NCBI GenBank assembly: GCA_030611085.1
Contig: JAUWQI010000001.1
Span: 32,390-96,389 of the forward strand
Direction of reading: 5' to 3'
Length of the DNA stretch: 64,000 bases
Source of the DNA: Dehalococcoidia bacterium
GTDB lineage: Bacteria > Chloroflexota > Dehalococcoidia > GIF9 > AB-539-J10
The notes under the pieces were generated by a model. The model was not told the origin of the DNA. It was given only the letters and a program-made list of their open reading frames with translations, and ran no database searches. Positions 1-10,369 of the stretch are shown here, piece by piece; within the stretch, counting starts at the first letter, position 1; each line of letters begins with the position of its first letter. The translations under genes and the position numbers were made by a program.

Positions 1-48
1 CACTACGGTTATATGTTGCAGGGTCGGGGCTTGTCCCCGACCAAGGTA
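1..48. repeat. family-4 element, left inverted repeat flanking truB (contains GGTCGGGGCTTGTCCCCGACC hairpin)
   Basis: reverse-complement of 1257-1305 with 2 mismatches and 1 indel; third copy in frame in mnmA at 50768-50812. Confidence 0.75.
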
Positions 49-420
49 TGAAGCGAGGCTGGCGAAGTCAGCCGAATCAATCTCAAGGTGGAATGGTATA
101 GATTGCTTCGCTTGCAATGGCAGAGAAAATTGTGCAATGCCTTATGCGGTTAGCTATAAGTATAACTGTAAGCTGATAGCTCCCAGCATTTTTGCTTCTT
201 TAATCGATGTCAAAACAGCGATTCATTAACTTACTATGATAAACTGTGCGAATAGCGGTATGGTGTTTGCATCAAGCTAAGGAATATTAGAAAGGATTTT
301 AGAAATGAACATGAAGTTGTTGATTGGTTTATTAGCTTTAGGCGTGATAGTGCTAGCTGTGGGCTTAGTGTTATTGTTTGCAGGGTAGCCTAATCTTTTC
401 CTCGCTTTTTCGCTATAATT

Positions 421-1068
421 ATGGGGATGGATGGCATTTTGTTTGTGGACAAGCCCAAAGGGCTTACTTCATTCCGAGTGGTAGAGCTGATAAAAAAGAA
501 GTTTAAGGTGAAGGCTGGCCATACGGGGACGCTGGACCCTTTAGCTACAGGTTTGCTGATTGTTCTCACTGGCAAGCGTACCAAGGAAGCCTCTTCATTT
601 CTTCACATGGATAAATCTTACGAGGTTGAAGCTACTTTAGGAATGGAAACTGATACTTTTGATTCTGAAGGTGAGGTTTTATGGCGAAATGATAGTGCGG
701 TAACTAGAGAGGAGTTAGAGAGGGTATTAAAGGAATTTCACGGAGATATTTGGCAAACGCCTCCTTCTTTTTCTGCCAAGAAGGTAGGAGGGCACAAAGC
801 TTATGAACTGGCCAGAAAAGGCGTGACTGTGGATATGCCGCCTAAAAAAGTAAGCATTTACTCCTTGGAACTCAAAGAATTTCAGTTTCCTCATTTTGCT
901 TTGACTTGCGATGTGTCCTCTGGCTTCTATGTTAGGAGTCTGGTTCATGATATCGGGGAGAAGTTGGGAGTGGGTGCCATGGTAGAAGGGGTCCGCCGCA
1001 CAAGAGTCGGTCATTACCATGTGGAGCAGGCTAAGAATTTAGAGGAAATTCTGGACTACAAAGTCTAA
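421..1068 (+). CDS. truB: tRNA pseudouridine(55) synthase TruB (short form, catalytic domain only)
   Basis: N-terminal FVDKPKGLTSF...GHTGTLDPLATGLL motif typical of TruB; 215 aa so a PUA domain appears absent. Confidence 0.85.
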   Translation: MGMDGILFVDKPKGLTSFRVVELIKKKFKVKAGHTGTLDPLATGLLIVLTGKRTKEASSFLHMDKSYEVEATLGMETDTFDSEGEVLWRNDSAVTREELERVLKEFHGDIWQTPPSFSAKKVGGHKAYELARKGVTVDMPPKKVSIYSLELKEFQFPHFALTCDVSSGFYVRSLVHDIGEKLGVGAMVEGVRRTRVGHYHVEQAKNLEEILDYKV

Positions 1069-1122
1069 ACTTTTTATCCCCCGTTTTCGTTATCGTATTT
1101 AGAAGAAGCAAGCTTAGAAATG

Positions 1123-1236
1123 TAGTTGCCCAATTTATTTTGTGCCTGTGGCACAAATCGAAATTTGAATTTGCCCTTCGGGCAAAGCTAAGCCTGATGA
1201 ATCAGGCAACTACTACTTTGCCTGATTCATCAGGCA
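1123..1236. repeat. family-2 nested-hairpin element (GTAGTTGCC...GGCAACTAC), extended variant
   Basis: outer 9-bp stem enclosing CCCAAT..ATTGGG and CCTGAT..ATCAGG hairpins; other copies 16526-16572 (opposite orientation), 37490-37511 (half), 62944-62995, 63044-63095. Confidence 0.8.
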
Positions 1237-1256
1237 ATTACAAAGAACGAAGGTGA

Positions 1257-1305
1257 AACTGGTCGGGGACAAGCCTCGACCCTGCAACATATAAATCGTA
1301 GTGGC
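1257..1305. repeat. family-4 element, right inverted repeat flanking truB
   Basis: see 1-48. Confidence 0.75.
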
Positions 1306-1399
1306 GGGGTTTATCCCCGCCATGAGACTCAGAAATGCCTAAAATTGAAGGAAAAATCAAAATTAAACAACCTCTCACAACAACAAGGAGGTTAATTGT

Positions 1400-3226
1400 A
1401 TGGTAAAGATACTGGTCAGAATTTTGTTGCTGACTATTTGCCTAAGCCTGAGCATCATGTCTTTGACGCCGGTAGCCCTGGCTGATAGAGGGATGGTGCC
1501 CATAAGCGATGTCTCAGTTTACGGTCCGGGGCAAAAAGCAATCATTGCCTGGGATGGCGAAGAGGAGATATTGATTCTATCCACCGATGTCAGGGCTAGC
1601 AGTGATAGTCAGGTTCTGGAACTCTTACCCTTACCTTCCAAGCCTGAAATAGAAAAAGGCGATTTCGCTTCCTTTGAACAGGTCGATAAGCTGATTAAAG
1701 AGCATTTTCCCACTCACTTGTGGGATCGATCTAAAGAGGGTGTAGTGGGCCCTCCCGGTGAGGGAGTGGAGATAGTTTTTCATGAAAAGATTGGAGCTCA
1801 TGACATCACCGTAGTCAAAGCTGCTGATTCCAGTGAGCTCGTTCAATGGGCAGAGAAGTTTCTAAAGGATACTGGCATTGAATACCAGGTTTCCTCGCCC
1901 AAGCTTGAATCACTAGTTGGTGATTATATAACCCAAGACATAAATTTCTTCGTTTTTGACCTCATCGAGGTAAGCTCGGAACCCAAGAGCATAGAGCCAA
2001 TCGTGTATCGGTTCGACACTGACTTTCTCTATTATCCCCTTAAGATTTCCACTTTGGCCGAAGGCTGGACGGACATAAACTTGTTTTTACTGACGCCGCA
2101 GCCGTTAAAGCTACATTGGTTACCTGAGGGAAGCGAACTACCACAAGGCATGGAGATAGGTAAGTTCTATGATAAGAATGGGCCTGAGTTTATTCAGTTT
2201 AAGGTGAGCGAGGATGAGCTAATCTCCATTGATGAGAGTCTCGCCAGCCTGATTGGGGGGAATGCCTGGCTTACCGCTATAAGCTATCATGGTGATTTAG
2301 CCGGTTTGACCAAGGATTTGAAGCTATACAAGGTTTCACCGACTCCAGAACTTATTTTCGACTGTTACCAGGGCAAATGTACCTCAGAGCAGAAGTCACA
2401 GGCTGTCATAGGGAATTTCGGCAATACCATCGTCGCTTATGGACTAGCCATTACGCCTACCCCCTGCTATGAACTTGAGGCAAGGTTGCAGACGCCTCCG
2501 CTGACTCATAGTGGCACACCGTACCTAATTGTTGACATCACAGCGCAGGAGAAGCCAGGCTACTGCATCGAATGTCTGGGAGAGGTGCCCTTTAGGGCTA
2601 AAATAGACAACCTGCCTCCAGACAGAAGTTATGATGTCACTATTCGATATCGAGGCAAAATTATCGCTCAGGAAAGTGTCCTTTTACCCCTTTTAAACAT
2701 AGGTCAATACTTTGAACTTCCACCCTATGCCACCCTCTATGTCCGCAGACCTGAAGAAGAATTTAGGCTTTATCTCGAAATTGGCGAACTCACTAGAGAG
2801 CTAGATTCAGGTACAGTTGTTAAAGCCGAGCTCAAGGGAAGTGATATGAAGGTCCATACAGCCTACCTCCGATTTAATGAAATTAATGGGGAGGTAATGA
2901 TTGAGGTCAACGATGTCCCCATGGTAGTCAAAATATCTCCAGGGCGCATGTTAAAAATCGAGCGTTCTTATCTCTTCTTGGAGGCACGTTGCCCGTTGCT
3001 GGTGCAGGTGATGCCAGATGAAGCGGCGGGTAATTTCAAGGCGGAGCCAGAATACCTGGAGCTCAGGGATGTCGATAGCAAGGTAGTATACGAATATAAA
3101 GGCATAAGCTACAAAAAACTCTTAAGATTAGTGCCCATAGAAATAAAGATAGAAGCGCAGGTAGACGCCGCCACCGGTGAAATAATCAAGCAGCAGAAGC
3201 CCTGGTGGGTGGGTTTTTGCTGGTGA
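1400..3226 (+). CDS. secreted hypothetical protein (N-terminal signal peptide)
   Basis: 608-aa ORF, hydrophobic leader ending ALA; RBS AAGGAGG upstream; no family recognised. Confidence 0.55.
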   Translation: MVKILVRILLLTICLSLSIMSLTPVALADRGMVPISDVSVYGPGQKAIIAWDGEEEILILSTDVRASSDSQVLELLPLPSKPEIEKGDFASFEQVDKLIKEHFPTHLWDRSKEGVVGPPGEGVEIVFHEKIGAHDITVVKAADSSELVQWAEKFLKDTGIEYQVSSPKLESLVGDYITQDINFFVFDLIEVSSEPKSIEPIVYRFDTDFLYYPLKISTLAEGWTDINLFLLTPQPLKLHWLPEGSELPQGMEIGKFYDKNGPEFIQFKVSEDELISIDESLASLIGGNAWLTAISYHGDLAGLTKDLKLYKVSPTPELIFDCYQGKCTSEQKSQAVIGNFGNTIVAYGLAITPTPCYELEARLQTPPLTHSGTPYLIVDITAQEKPGYCIECLGEVPFRAKIDNLPPDRSYDVTIRYRGKIIAQESVLLPLLNIGQYFELPPYATLYVRRPEEEFRLYLEIGELTRELDSGTVVKAELKGSDMKVHTAYLRFNEINGEVMIEVNDVPMVVKISPGRMLKIERSYLFLEARCPLLVQVMPDEAAGNFKAEPEYLELRDVDSKVVYEYKGISYKKLLRLVPIEIKIEAQVDAATGEIIKQQKPWWVGFCW

Positions 3227-3409
3227 AGAGTATGGGTAACTCAAAAAATTCCTGGTGGAGAGGTAAACATTTTTGCGATTATTTCGTTTTTAATATTGGA
3301 TGGTGTTTAACTGTCACCCTGAACGGAGTGAAGAGTCTCTAGATTCTTCGGTCGCTTCGCTCCCTCAGAACGACAAAGAAAATTATGCCCTATATTAGTA
3401 GAACGAATT

Positions 3410-3691
3410 ATGAAGATTCTGCGGATGTTGAAAACCTTGATAACTGCCAAAGGCATGCTGGTGCTTCTCTTGGGTAGAGAGGTTACTATGCCCGATGGCG
3501 CTAGCTTAGGGGTAGTCATTGGTATCAAAAAAGAACTATCGCAGGATAAAATATGGATGATGGTTGATAAGCAAGGTCAGGAGATGATGATTCCAATTGA
3601 GCAAATTGCCAGTGTGACCAATAAAGTGGTTCTCTTCGGCGATTCTTCATTGGCTAACTCAGCGATGAACGGAGGCCAATGTGTTTTCTAA
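3410..3691 (+). CDS. small PRC-barrel-like protein (start uncertain)
   Basis: 93-aa ORF with G-x-V-x-D / mixed beta pattern; weak. Confidence 0.35.
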   Translation: MKILRMLKTLITAKGMLVLLLGREVTMPDGASLGVVIGIKKELSQDKIWMMVDKQGQEMMIPIEQIASVTNKVVLFGDSSLANSAMNGGQCVF

Positions 3692-3724
3692 CCGAGGAAA
3701 GATTGTGTTAATAGAGGAGTCAAG

Positions 3725-6142
3725 ATGAAAATTGAGAGAGCTTTGATTTCTGTACTTTTAGTGGCTACCGTTCTGATTACCGGCTGTGGAACTGCTCAGC
3801 CACCCATATCCTCCGAGTTTACTATACCTTCGGTAGCTGGGAATGAGGTATCAAACCCCAAACTTGTTATGGGGAGCTGCTATAAGCCTGGAGATGTTTC
3901 TATGTCTCCTAACGCTCCTTCCTATCTATTGCCTCTGGATTTAGGTGAAATAACAAACTTGGGGAAGGTAGAATCGGAGTTTGGACTGAATGAAAGCCAA
4001 AAGCAGCTTCTGGAGAAAAATGGTTTTGTCGTTATTCCCTGGCATGGTGATGACATTGTCCAGCCTTATAAGACGCTTAAGGAGCAAGAAATTCCCATCT
4101 TTGTTACCTCGGATACTTTACTTCACTTATATCATATCCAGTTCAATGAAATCTTAAAACGCCTTGAGGAGGAAGAGTTTTTTGATGAGCTAATCGATAC
4201 GAGCTTGGCGATGATGGAAAGGGCAGAGCAGGATTACGAATCCTTCGCCGATGCTGACCTGAAGGAGGCTGCGAGAAGAAATGTGGCTTATTTCACCGTG
4301 GCTCTGAAGCTCCTGCAGACGCCGACCGGGGGATATGATGAAGCAAAGGTTAAACAGGAAATCGAGAAATGGAATAAAGAGCATCCCTGGGACAAGAAGG
4401 AGTTCAAGCCATTAAAGAAAGTTGATTTTGCTATCCCTAAGTATGTGGCGGATGAAGTTGACAAAGAAATTGAAAACATCGAAGCACACAAAGGCTTCAA
4501 GCCCAGTGCCATATTTAATTCGGAGAAAGATTGTGCCTGTGGATATCCCTGCTGCTATTGCGAGGACTACTCCCAGTATGTTCCCAGGGGGCATTACACC
4601 AGGAGCGAGGTGCTTAAAAGGTATTTCAAAGCGGCGATGTGGTATGGCAGGATGGCTTTCCTGCTCAAGGGTGGGGAGGGAGATGAATGTATGCAGCCAG
4701 AAGGGCCTTTGGTTAGTGAGAAAGATGCCAAAATAGCTACCATTCAAGCCGCGCTTATTTCAGCAGAACTGTCCCTTGTGTCATTGCGAGCGGAGCGAAG
4801 CAATCCCACCACGGTTTGGGAAATATGGAACAGAATTTACTCCGTCACTTCATTCTTTGTGGGCACCGCCGATGACCTGACACCCTACGAATACCTGGAT
4901 GCTATAGAGAAGGTTTTTGGCACCAGCTTTGATGTCAGTCAGCTTGCTAACGAGGAAGAACTGCTCAAGCTTAAAGCTGAGCTAGCTCAAATGAGGAATC
5001 CTGAAATCTATGGCGGCTCTGGCATTTGCGTTATCGCTCCCCCGGTAACTAAAGAAAAGCTCTACGAGTGCCTGGCTAAGACAAAGGGGATGAGATTCAT
5101 GGGGCAGAGGTTTATCCCCGACTCATATATGTTTCAGAATCTGATCTTTCCCACTGTGGGTAATTATGTGGGCAAGGATGAGCCATTTACCATGAAGATG
5201 ACTATACTCGGTCCTCAGAGATGCTTCCCCCGAGGATTAGATGTCATGGGAGTTTTGGGCTCTGAGCGGGCTTATGAGATATTGAAGGCCGAAGGCGATA
5301 CCGAATACCAGGGGAAAGACACCAGTTATGATAAGCAGCTAGGCGAGCTTAGAAAGGAATTTGGTGCTTTTACTGAGGAAGACTGGAATCATAATCTTTA
5401 TTGGAGTTGGCTTTATGCCTTGAAGCCGCTGCTTGAGAATTTCAACCAAGGTTATCCCGCCTTTATGCAAACCGAGGCATGGCAGGATAAGGAACTGCAA
5501 ACTGCCTTAGCATCCTGGACTGAGCTTCGGCATGACACCATTCTATATGCCAAGCAAAGCTATACTCCAGCGGCAACAGCGATGCCACCTCAGCCAAAAC
5601 CTGTGGTGGGCTATGTCGAACCCATTCCTGAGTTTTATTCCCGCATGCTGGCACTCACCACAATGACAAAAAATGGGCTAGCCCAGCTCGATGCCTTAAG
5701 CGACAAGGAGAAGTCGAGACTGGAGAGATTGGAAGGCATTCTGGAGAGGTTAATCCAAATCTCCAAAGATGAGTTAGAAGGCAAAGAACTAAGCAAAGAG
5801 GATTATGGATTCATCAGGAATTTTGGTGGGCAGCTCAATTCTATAGTCGCTGGTGTTGAGGCTAAAGGCAAGGAAACCACCCTTGTTGCTGATGTTCATA
5901 CTGATACTAACTCACCAATGGAAGTCTTGGAAGAAGGGGTGGGTTATGTTGACCTTGCCTTAGTGGCTTATAAAGTTCCCGATGGCAGGATTATCCTTGG
6001 CGCTGGCCCCACGCTTAGCTACTATGAGTTCAAACAGCTTATGGAGCAAGGAAGATTGACTGATGAGCAGTGGAAGGAGATGCTAGAGCAAGGGCAACAG
6101 CCTCCAAGGCCAGATTGGATAGATAGCTTCTATGCTGGCTAG
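3725..6142 (+). CDS. lipoprotein, DUF3160-like large extracytoplasmic protein
   Basis: lipobox LITGCG; Cys cluster CACGYPCCYCEDY; 805 aa; contains in-frame family-1 repeat at 4780-4806. Confidence 0.55.
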   Translation: MKIERALISVLLVATVLITGCGTAQPPISSEFTIPSVAGNEVSNPKLVMGSCYKPGDVSMSPNAPSYLLPLDLGEITNLGKVESEFGLNESQKQLLEKNGFVVIPWHGDDIVQPYKTLKEQEIPIFVTSDTLLHLYHIQFNEILKRLEEEEFFDELIDTSLAMMERAEQDYESFADADLKEAARRNVAYFTVALKLLQTPTGGYDEAKVKQEIEKWNKEHPWDKKEFKPLKKVDFAIPKYVADEVDKEIENIEAHKGFKPSAIFNSEKDCACGYPCCYCEDYSQYVPRGHYTRSEVLKRYFKAAMWYGRMAFLLKGGEGDECMQPEGPLVSEKDAKIATIQAALISAELSLVSLRAERSNPTTVWEIWNRIYSVTSFFVGTADDLTPYEYLDAIEKVFGTSFDVSQLANEEELLKLKAELAQMRNPEIYGGSGICVIAPPVTKEKLYECLAKTKGMRFMGQRFIPDSYMFQNLIFPTVGNYVGKDEPFTMKMTILGPQRCFPRGLDVMGVLGSERAYEILKAEGDTEYQGKDTSYDKQLGELRKEFGAFTEEDWNHNLYWSWLYALKPLLENFNQGYPAFMQTEAWQDKELQTALASWTELRHDTILYAKQSYTPAATAMPPQPKPVVGYVEPIPEFYSRMLALTTMTKNGLAQLDALSDKEKSRLERLEGILERLIQISKDELEGKELSKEDYGFIRNFGGQLNSIVAGVEAKGKETTLVADVHTDTNSPMEVLEEGVGYVDLALVAYKVPDGRIILGAGPTLSYYEFKQLMEQGRLTDEQWKEMLEQGQQPPRPDWIDSFYAG

Positions 6143-6200
6143 CGGGTGTTTAAGCAATGTAGTGCGAGGCTTTAGCCTCGTGCACGACCCTAAGGTCGCA

Positions 6201-7100
6201 CTACGAAATCAACTCGGCAATTGTGTCGCTGCCACTATCTAGAGGGTAATATTTGAGCACTGCGCCATGTTTTGGGTCTGGTCCTACTTCCAACATAGTC
6301 TTGTCTACAGCCTGCGCTATAGTTAATTTGTCAGAAGCACATAGGTGGTGGAGCAGTCTCATAGAGGCATGGTCAACATATTCCAAATCCACTGTAGCAT
6401 CCCAGGCAAGATAAACCGAGGCTCCTTTACCAACAAACGATTGGGCTAAATCATCAAGTCGAAGGCAAGAGCAACCAGTTATGATTATGACTGCGTTATC
6501 GAACTGCTCCTGCATACTGTTGGAGATGAATTTTGGGGTAATACCGAAGAAAAGTGAGCCGTTCCCTTCCCATACTTCCACTATCAGAAGTTCTTCATTT
6601 ATCTGTTCTCTAAAATGCCCCGCTTTACTATATGGCTCGTTGGTGAATAAGGCGGTTGTATGCATTAGTGGTTCATCCTCAGCTCTCATGAGCCCAGAAT
6701 GAGTTCGGAAGATGATTAACTTATATCCATAGCGCGGCAAATTCTGATAAAGGTCCACTGTGACATCGCCGCCTTGATAAACATCCACACCGAAGCCATA
6801 ATCTTCGAGCTCCTGAGTTACCTTAGCGGTGAAATCCTCGTTGAGGTAATTGGTATAAAGCTGGTCGACTATAGCTGCCCTTAGGTTTTGCTGACTAACC
6901 GGGTTGGCAGAGTGGGAAGTAAGCAAAAAAATGGCAGCAAAGGCAGCAATAAATAAAACCACAGTAACCCATAACCAAGGGAAACCTCTCTTTGGGAACT
7001 TTCCTTTAAGTTGTTTCCCATTCATGGGCTTGGCCAATGTAAATCTTGTGGCGTAGATTATGAAGAGATTTCTTAAGAGTCCCCGCCAAGCAAATTTCAC
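6201..7100 (-). CDS. membrane-anchored hypothetical protein (alternative start at 7033)
   Basis: single N-terminal TM helix then ~240-aa soluble domain; function unknown. Confidence 0.5.
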   Translation of the reverse strand: MKFAWRGLLRNLFIIYATRFTLAKPMNGKQLKGKFPKRGFPWLWVTVVLFIAAFAAIFLLTSHSANPVSQQNLRAAIVDQLYTNYLNEDFTAKVTQELEDYGFGVDVYQGGDVTVDLYQNLPRYGYKLIIFRTHSGLMRAEDEPLMHTTALFTNEPYSKAGHFREQINEELLIVEVWEGNGSLFFGITPKFISNSMQEQFDNAVIIITGCSCLRLDDLAQSFVGKGASVYLAWDATVDLEYVDHASMRLLHHLCASDKLTIAQAVDKTMLEVGPDPKHGAVLKYYPLDSGSDTIAELIS

Positions 7101-7477
7101 AAGCTAAATCCCCGCAATTGTAGCAAGTCTAACGCACTAATACTACTTAGATTAGCAACCTCACCCTGAAACAAGGAGGGCAGGTCTTATTAACGGCTTG
7201 CCCCCCTTTCTTACTAAGGCTCGATTTAGCCCTGCACCCTGCGGCGTCTCATAAATATGATAACTCCAGCTATACTAGCTACAAGCAAAGCAATCCAGGG
7301 TACTCGAATAGCAACTTTTTTCACGGGATAAGCCCCCTCTTTATTTCCTTACAAACATGCCCCATATTTATACCTCAATGCTAGATTATGCTACCTTAAA
7401 TAAAATAAGCAATAAGATTAAGAGACCATGGAGTATAATATCAGTCAGAAATAACACTGGGAGTTTACAAAGAGGCA

Positions 7478-9166
7478 ATGGAAGAATCTAGGCTGATAAT
7501 CGACCTGGCGATAGCTTTTGGGGCTGCTTTGGGCGGCGGTCTAATTGCCAGATTGCTAAGGCAGCCTGCGATTCTGGGTTATCTTGTAGCAGGCATTGTC
7601 ATTGGTCCATATGTACTAGGCTTGGTTCAGAGCACCGATAACATTCAGCTTCTAGCTAGCATTGGTGTGGTGCTGCTTCTTTTCACCTTGGGGATAGAGT
7701 TCTCTTTCCACGAACTAAAACGGATAAGGAATGTAGCTATCTTTGGTGGCATTGCCCAGTTGGTAGTAACAACTGCCCTGGGGATGTTTATCGCTATGTT
7801 CTTATTGGGGCAGAGCCTTCATGAGGCGATAGTCTTTGGTTTTCTGATTGCCTTAAGCAGCACTATGGTGGTAATCGGGATGCTGTTTGACAGAGGTGAG
7901 ACAAATTCAGTGCATGGGCGTGTGATGATAGGCATACTGTTATTACAGGATATTGCTGCCGCCTTTGCTATGTTTATCCTGCCAGCGTTAGGAGCAGGCA
8001 ACGGGAGTTTACTACCCACGCTGGGTGTAGCTTTTCTCAAAGCTGGAGTGTTCATTGCATTGGTGTTAGTTACTGGCATCTGGTTGATACCCCGAATATT
8101 GCGACGTGTAGCCCTGCGCCAGTCTAGAGAGTTATTCGTCATCTCCATCGCAGCATTGTGCTTGGGAAGCGCATTTGCTGCTTACTACTTTGGCTTATCT
8201 GCAGCCTTAGGTGCTTTTGCTGTTGGTCTCATGGTCAGTGAGTCTGACTTCGCGCACCAAGCGCTTGGCGATATAGTGCCGCTGCGTGATTTGTTTGCGG
8301 CGCTTTTCTTTGTATCAGTTGGCATGCTCATAGATTTGCCTTTTCTGGCAGCTAACATTATTCCCCTACTAACGCTGGTTGCGGCTATTATTTTAGGTAA
8401 GTTTGCCATCTGCTCCGGCGTTACTCGTGTATTCGGCTATCGGGGTAAAACAGTGCCGCTGGTGGGTGCTGGCATGACACAAGTTGGAGAATTCAGTTTT
8501 GTGCTGGCAGAGTTGTGCCTGGGAGCCAGCGTAATCACCGGATATACCTATTCAATGATACTTGGGAGTGCTCTTATCACCATAGTGCTCACGCCACCTA
8601 TTTTTGCCTTGACCACTAAGCTCTGTGTCAGACGAAGGGAAGCTGTACAAGTCACCAGTGGGGGTAAGGAACAACCTGATATAGAAGCTCCGTCCTCATC
8701 AAACCATGTAATCATTTGTGGGCATGGTCGTGTTGGTAGCAATGTGGCTCGGATTCTGGGGCAGTTGGCCATTCCATATGTGGTTACCGACCTCGACCCC
8801 AAAACTATCTCTGAACTTCGGGAGAGGGAAATTCCCTGCGTTTACGGCGATGCTGGCAACCAGAAGGTGCTCTACGAGGCGGGGATTGAGAATGCTACAT
8901 CTCTAATTCTTGCTATTCCTGACCCGGTGGCGGTAAGGCTTGCTCTTGACCATGCTCGGAGAATCAATCCAAAGCTAGATATAATTGCTCGTGCCCATAG
9001 TGATTCCGAGCTTGAGTTTTTACAAAGTAGGGATGTTTCCGAGGTAGTTCGACCCGAAACGGAGGCTGGCATAGAAATCGTGCGGCATATCTTGTGTCGC
9101 TTGGGCGTGTCTGAGGCTACTGTAGAGGAAATTATGTCTAATCAGAGAAGAATATGCCCCATGTAA
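7478..9166 (+). CDS. CPA2-family cation/proton antiporter with C-terminal TrkA-N (RCK) domain, KefB/KefC-like
   Basis: multi-TM N-terminal Na_H exchanger region plus IICGHGRVG Rossmann motif of TrkA-N. Confidence 0.85.
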   Translation: MEESRLIIDLAIAFGAALGGGLIARLLRQPAILGYLVAGIVIGPYVLGLVQSTDNIQLLASIGVVLLLFTLGIEFSFHELKRIRNVAIFGGIAQLVVTTALGMFIAMFLLGQSLHEAIVFGFLIALSSTMVVIGMLFDRGETNSVHGRVMIGILLLQDIAAAFAMFILPALGAGNGSLLPTLGVAFLKAGVFIALVLVTGIWLIPRILRRVALRQSRELFVISIAALCLGSAFAAYYFGLSAALGAFAVGLMVSESDFAHQALGDIVPLRDLFAALFFVSVGMLIDLPFLAANIIPLLTLVAAIILGKFAICSGVTRVFGYRGKTVPLVGAGMTQVGEFSFVLAELCLGASVITGYTYSMILGSALITIVLTPPIFALTTKLCVRRREAVQVTSGGKEQPDIEAPSSSNHVIICGHGRVGSNVARILGQLAIPYVVTDLDPKTISELREREIPCVYGDAGNQKVLYEAGIENATSLILAIPDPVAVRLALDHARRINPKLDIIARAHSDSELEFLQSRDVSEVVRPETEAGIEIVRHILCRLGVSEATVEEIMSNQRRICPM

Positions 9167-9169
9167 GTT

Positions 9170-9613
9170 TTAATATCCTTGAAACAGTCTCTTAACTTTA
9201 TCCATGAAGGATTTGGAGCCTGCTTTCTTAAGGAAGCTTCCCCATTCCGCTTCGGCGGCAGCTTTCCGCTTCAGGTCTTTCCTCGTCTGCTGCATTAACT
9301 CAAGAACTCGTTTTTCCTCGCCGGCATCGAGCCAGAAGCCATGTCCTTCAGGACAAAAATCAAGCTCTAAATCATAGTAGGCGCGATAATCAAAAGCTGT
9401 CATTGGTTTGTTGCACCTGGGGCATAGAAGTTCACTGGTTCGAGGACTATAGACCATCGTTCCTTTGAGTTCATCGGCATTGAAGACAGTGTCTTCAAGT
9501 TGGTCAAGCTCAGGATAGTCCAACCACATGCCCTGGCAATTGGGACATCTGTCAACTTCAATTCCTTTGTATTGCTCTATTTTTAATTCAATGTTGCATC
9601 GTGGGCAATTCAT
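9170..9613 (-). CDS. tandem zinc-ribbon (zf-TFIIB-like) domain protein
   Basis: two repeats of CPxC...GxWLD pattern (CPRCN...CPNCQGMWLD; CPRCN...CPEGHGFWLD). Confidence 0.6.
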   Translation of the reverse strand: MNCPRCNIELKIEQYKGIEVDRCPNCQGMWLDYPELDQLEDTVFNADELKGTMVYSPRTSELLCPRCNKPMTAFDYRAYYDLELDFCPEGHGFWLDAGEEKRVLELMQQTRKDLKRKAAAEAEWGSFLKKAGSKSFMDKVKRLFQGY

Positions 9614-9823
9614 ATTTCTGTTCTCTCCTCCTGCTTTTAAAGTTATTTAACAATCCACTTGTCATTCTGAGGGAGTGAAGCAACCGAAGAATCTCCGCTC
9701 AGGGTAAACTCCGCGAAGAATCTGGAGCCCCTGCGCTAGTACTCAGGGTGACAATTAAACACTCTGCTTGTTTGATTATACAAGATTATTGTATTATAGA
9801 GCAAAGCTTGCTTGAGGTGATTA

Positions 9824-10369
9824 ATGAAAACATTTAATAAGAAGGGCGACGAGGGTAAGACCAGTCTCCTTTATGGTGCCCGAGTGGCTAAAAATGATTT
9901 AAGATGTGAGGCTTACGGCACTATCGATGAGGCAGTTTCAATGTTAGGGTTAGCTAAAAGCTTTTGCCAACCCCAGATTAAAGACATTGTGTCGGATTTG
10001 CAGCGAGATTTATTTGTAGTAGGGACGGAGTTAGCAACGCAGAACGAACACTATTCAAAACTAGTGACAAAAGGCAGAGTGCTTAAACCCGAGATGGTGC
10101 AAAGACTGGAGGATTTAATAGATTATTTTGAGGCTAAGATTAACATGCCTCACGAGTTTATTATTCCCGGTGCCTGTGTGAGCTCGGCAGCATTGGATAT
10201 AGCCCGAACAATTGTGAGGCGTGCGGAAAGGAGAGCAGTCGATTTGGAACAGTCGGGGCAGTTAATGAATGAGGAAATATTAAAGTATCTTAATCGCCTG
10301 GCTGACTTAATTTTCACCCTGGCACGCTACGAGGAAAAGGTCGGAGATGGAAGTAATCCCAGCCATTGA
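9824..10369 (+). CDS. PduO-type ATP:cob(I)alamin adenosyltransferase
   Basis: N-terminal KKGDEGKTSLLYGARV...EAYGTIDE motif characteristic of PduO-type ATR. Confidence 0.8.
   Translation: MKTFNKKGDEGKTSLLYGARVAKNDLRCEAYGTIDEAVSMLGLAKSFCQPQIKDIVSDLQRDLFVVGTELATQNEHYSKLVTKGRVLKPEMVQRLEDLIDYFEAKINMPHEFIIPGACVSSAALDIARTIVRRAERRAVDLEQSGQLMNEEILKYLNRLADLIFTLARYEEKVGDGSNPSH

Noticed and set aside
727-1020. Numerous antisense or shadow ORFs inside long genes (for example 727-1020, 4190-4747, 7819-8148, 21377-21889, 22057-22731, 23609-24046, 57993-58487)
   Set aside because: Embedded opposite or in alternative frames of well-supported genes with no independent signals.
3307-3528. 73-aa minus-strand ORF
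   Set aside because: Runs through a family-1 repeat and overlaps the plus-strand PRC-barrel-like ORF; likely spurious.
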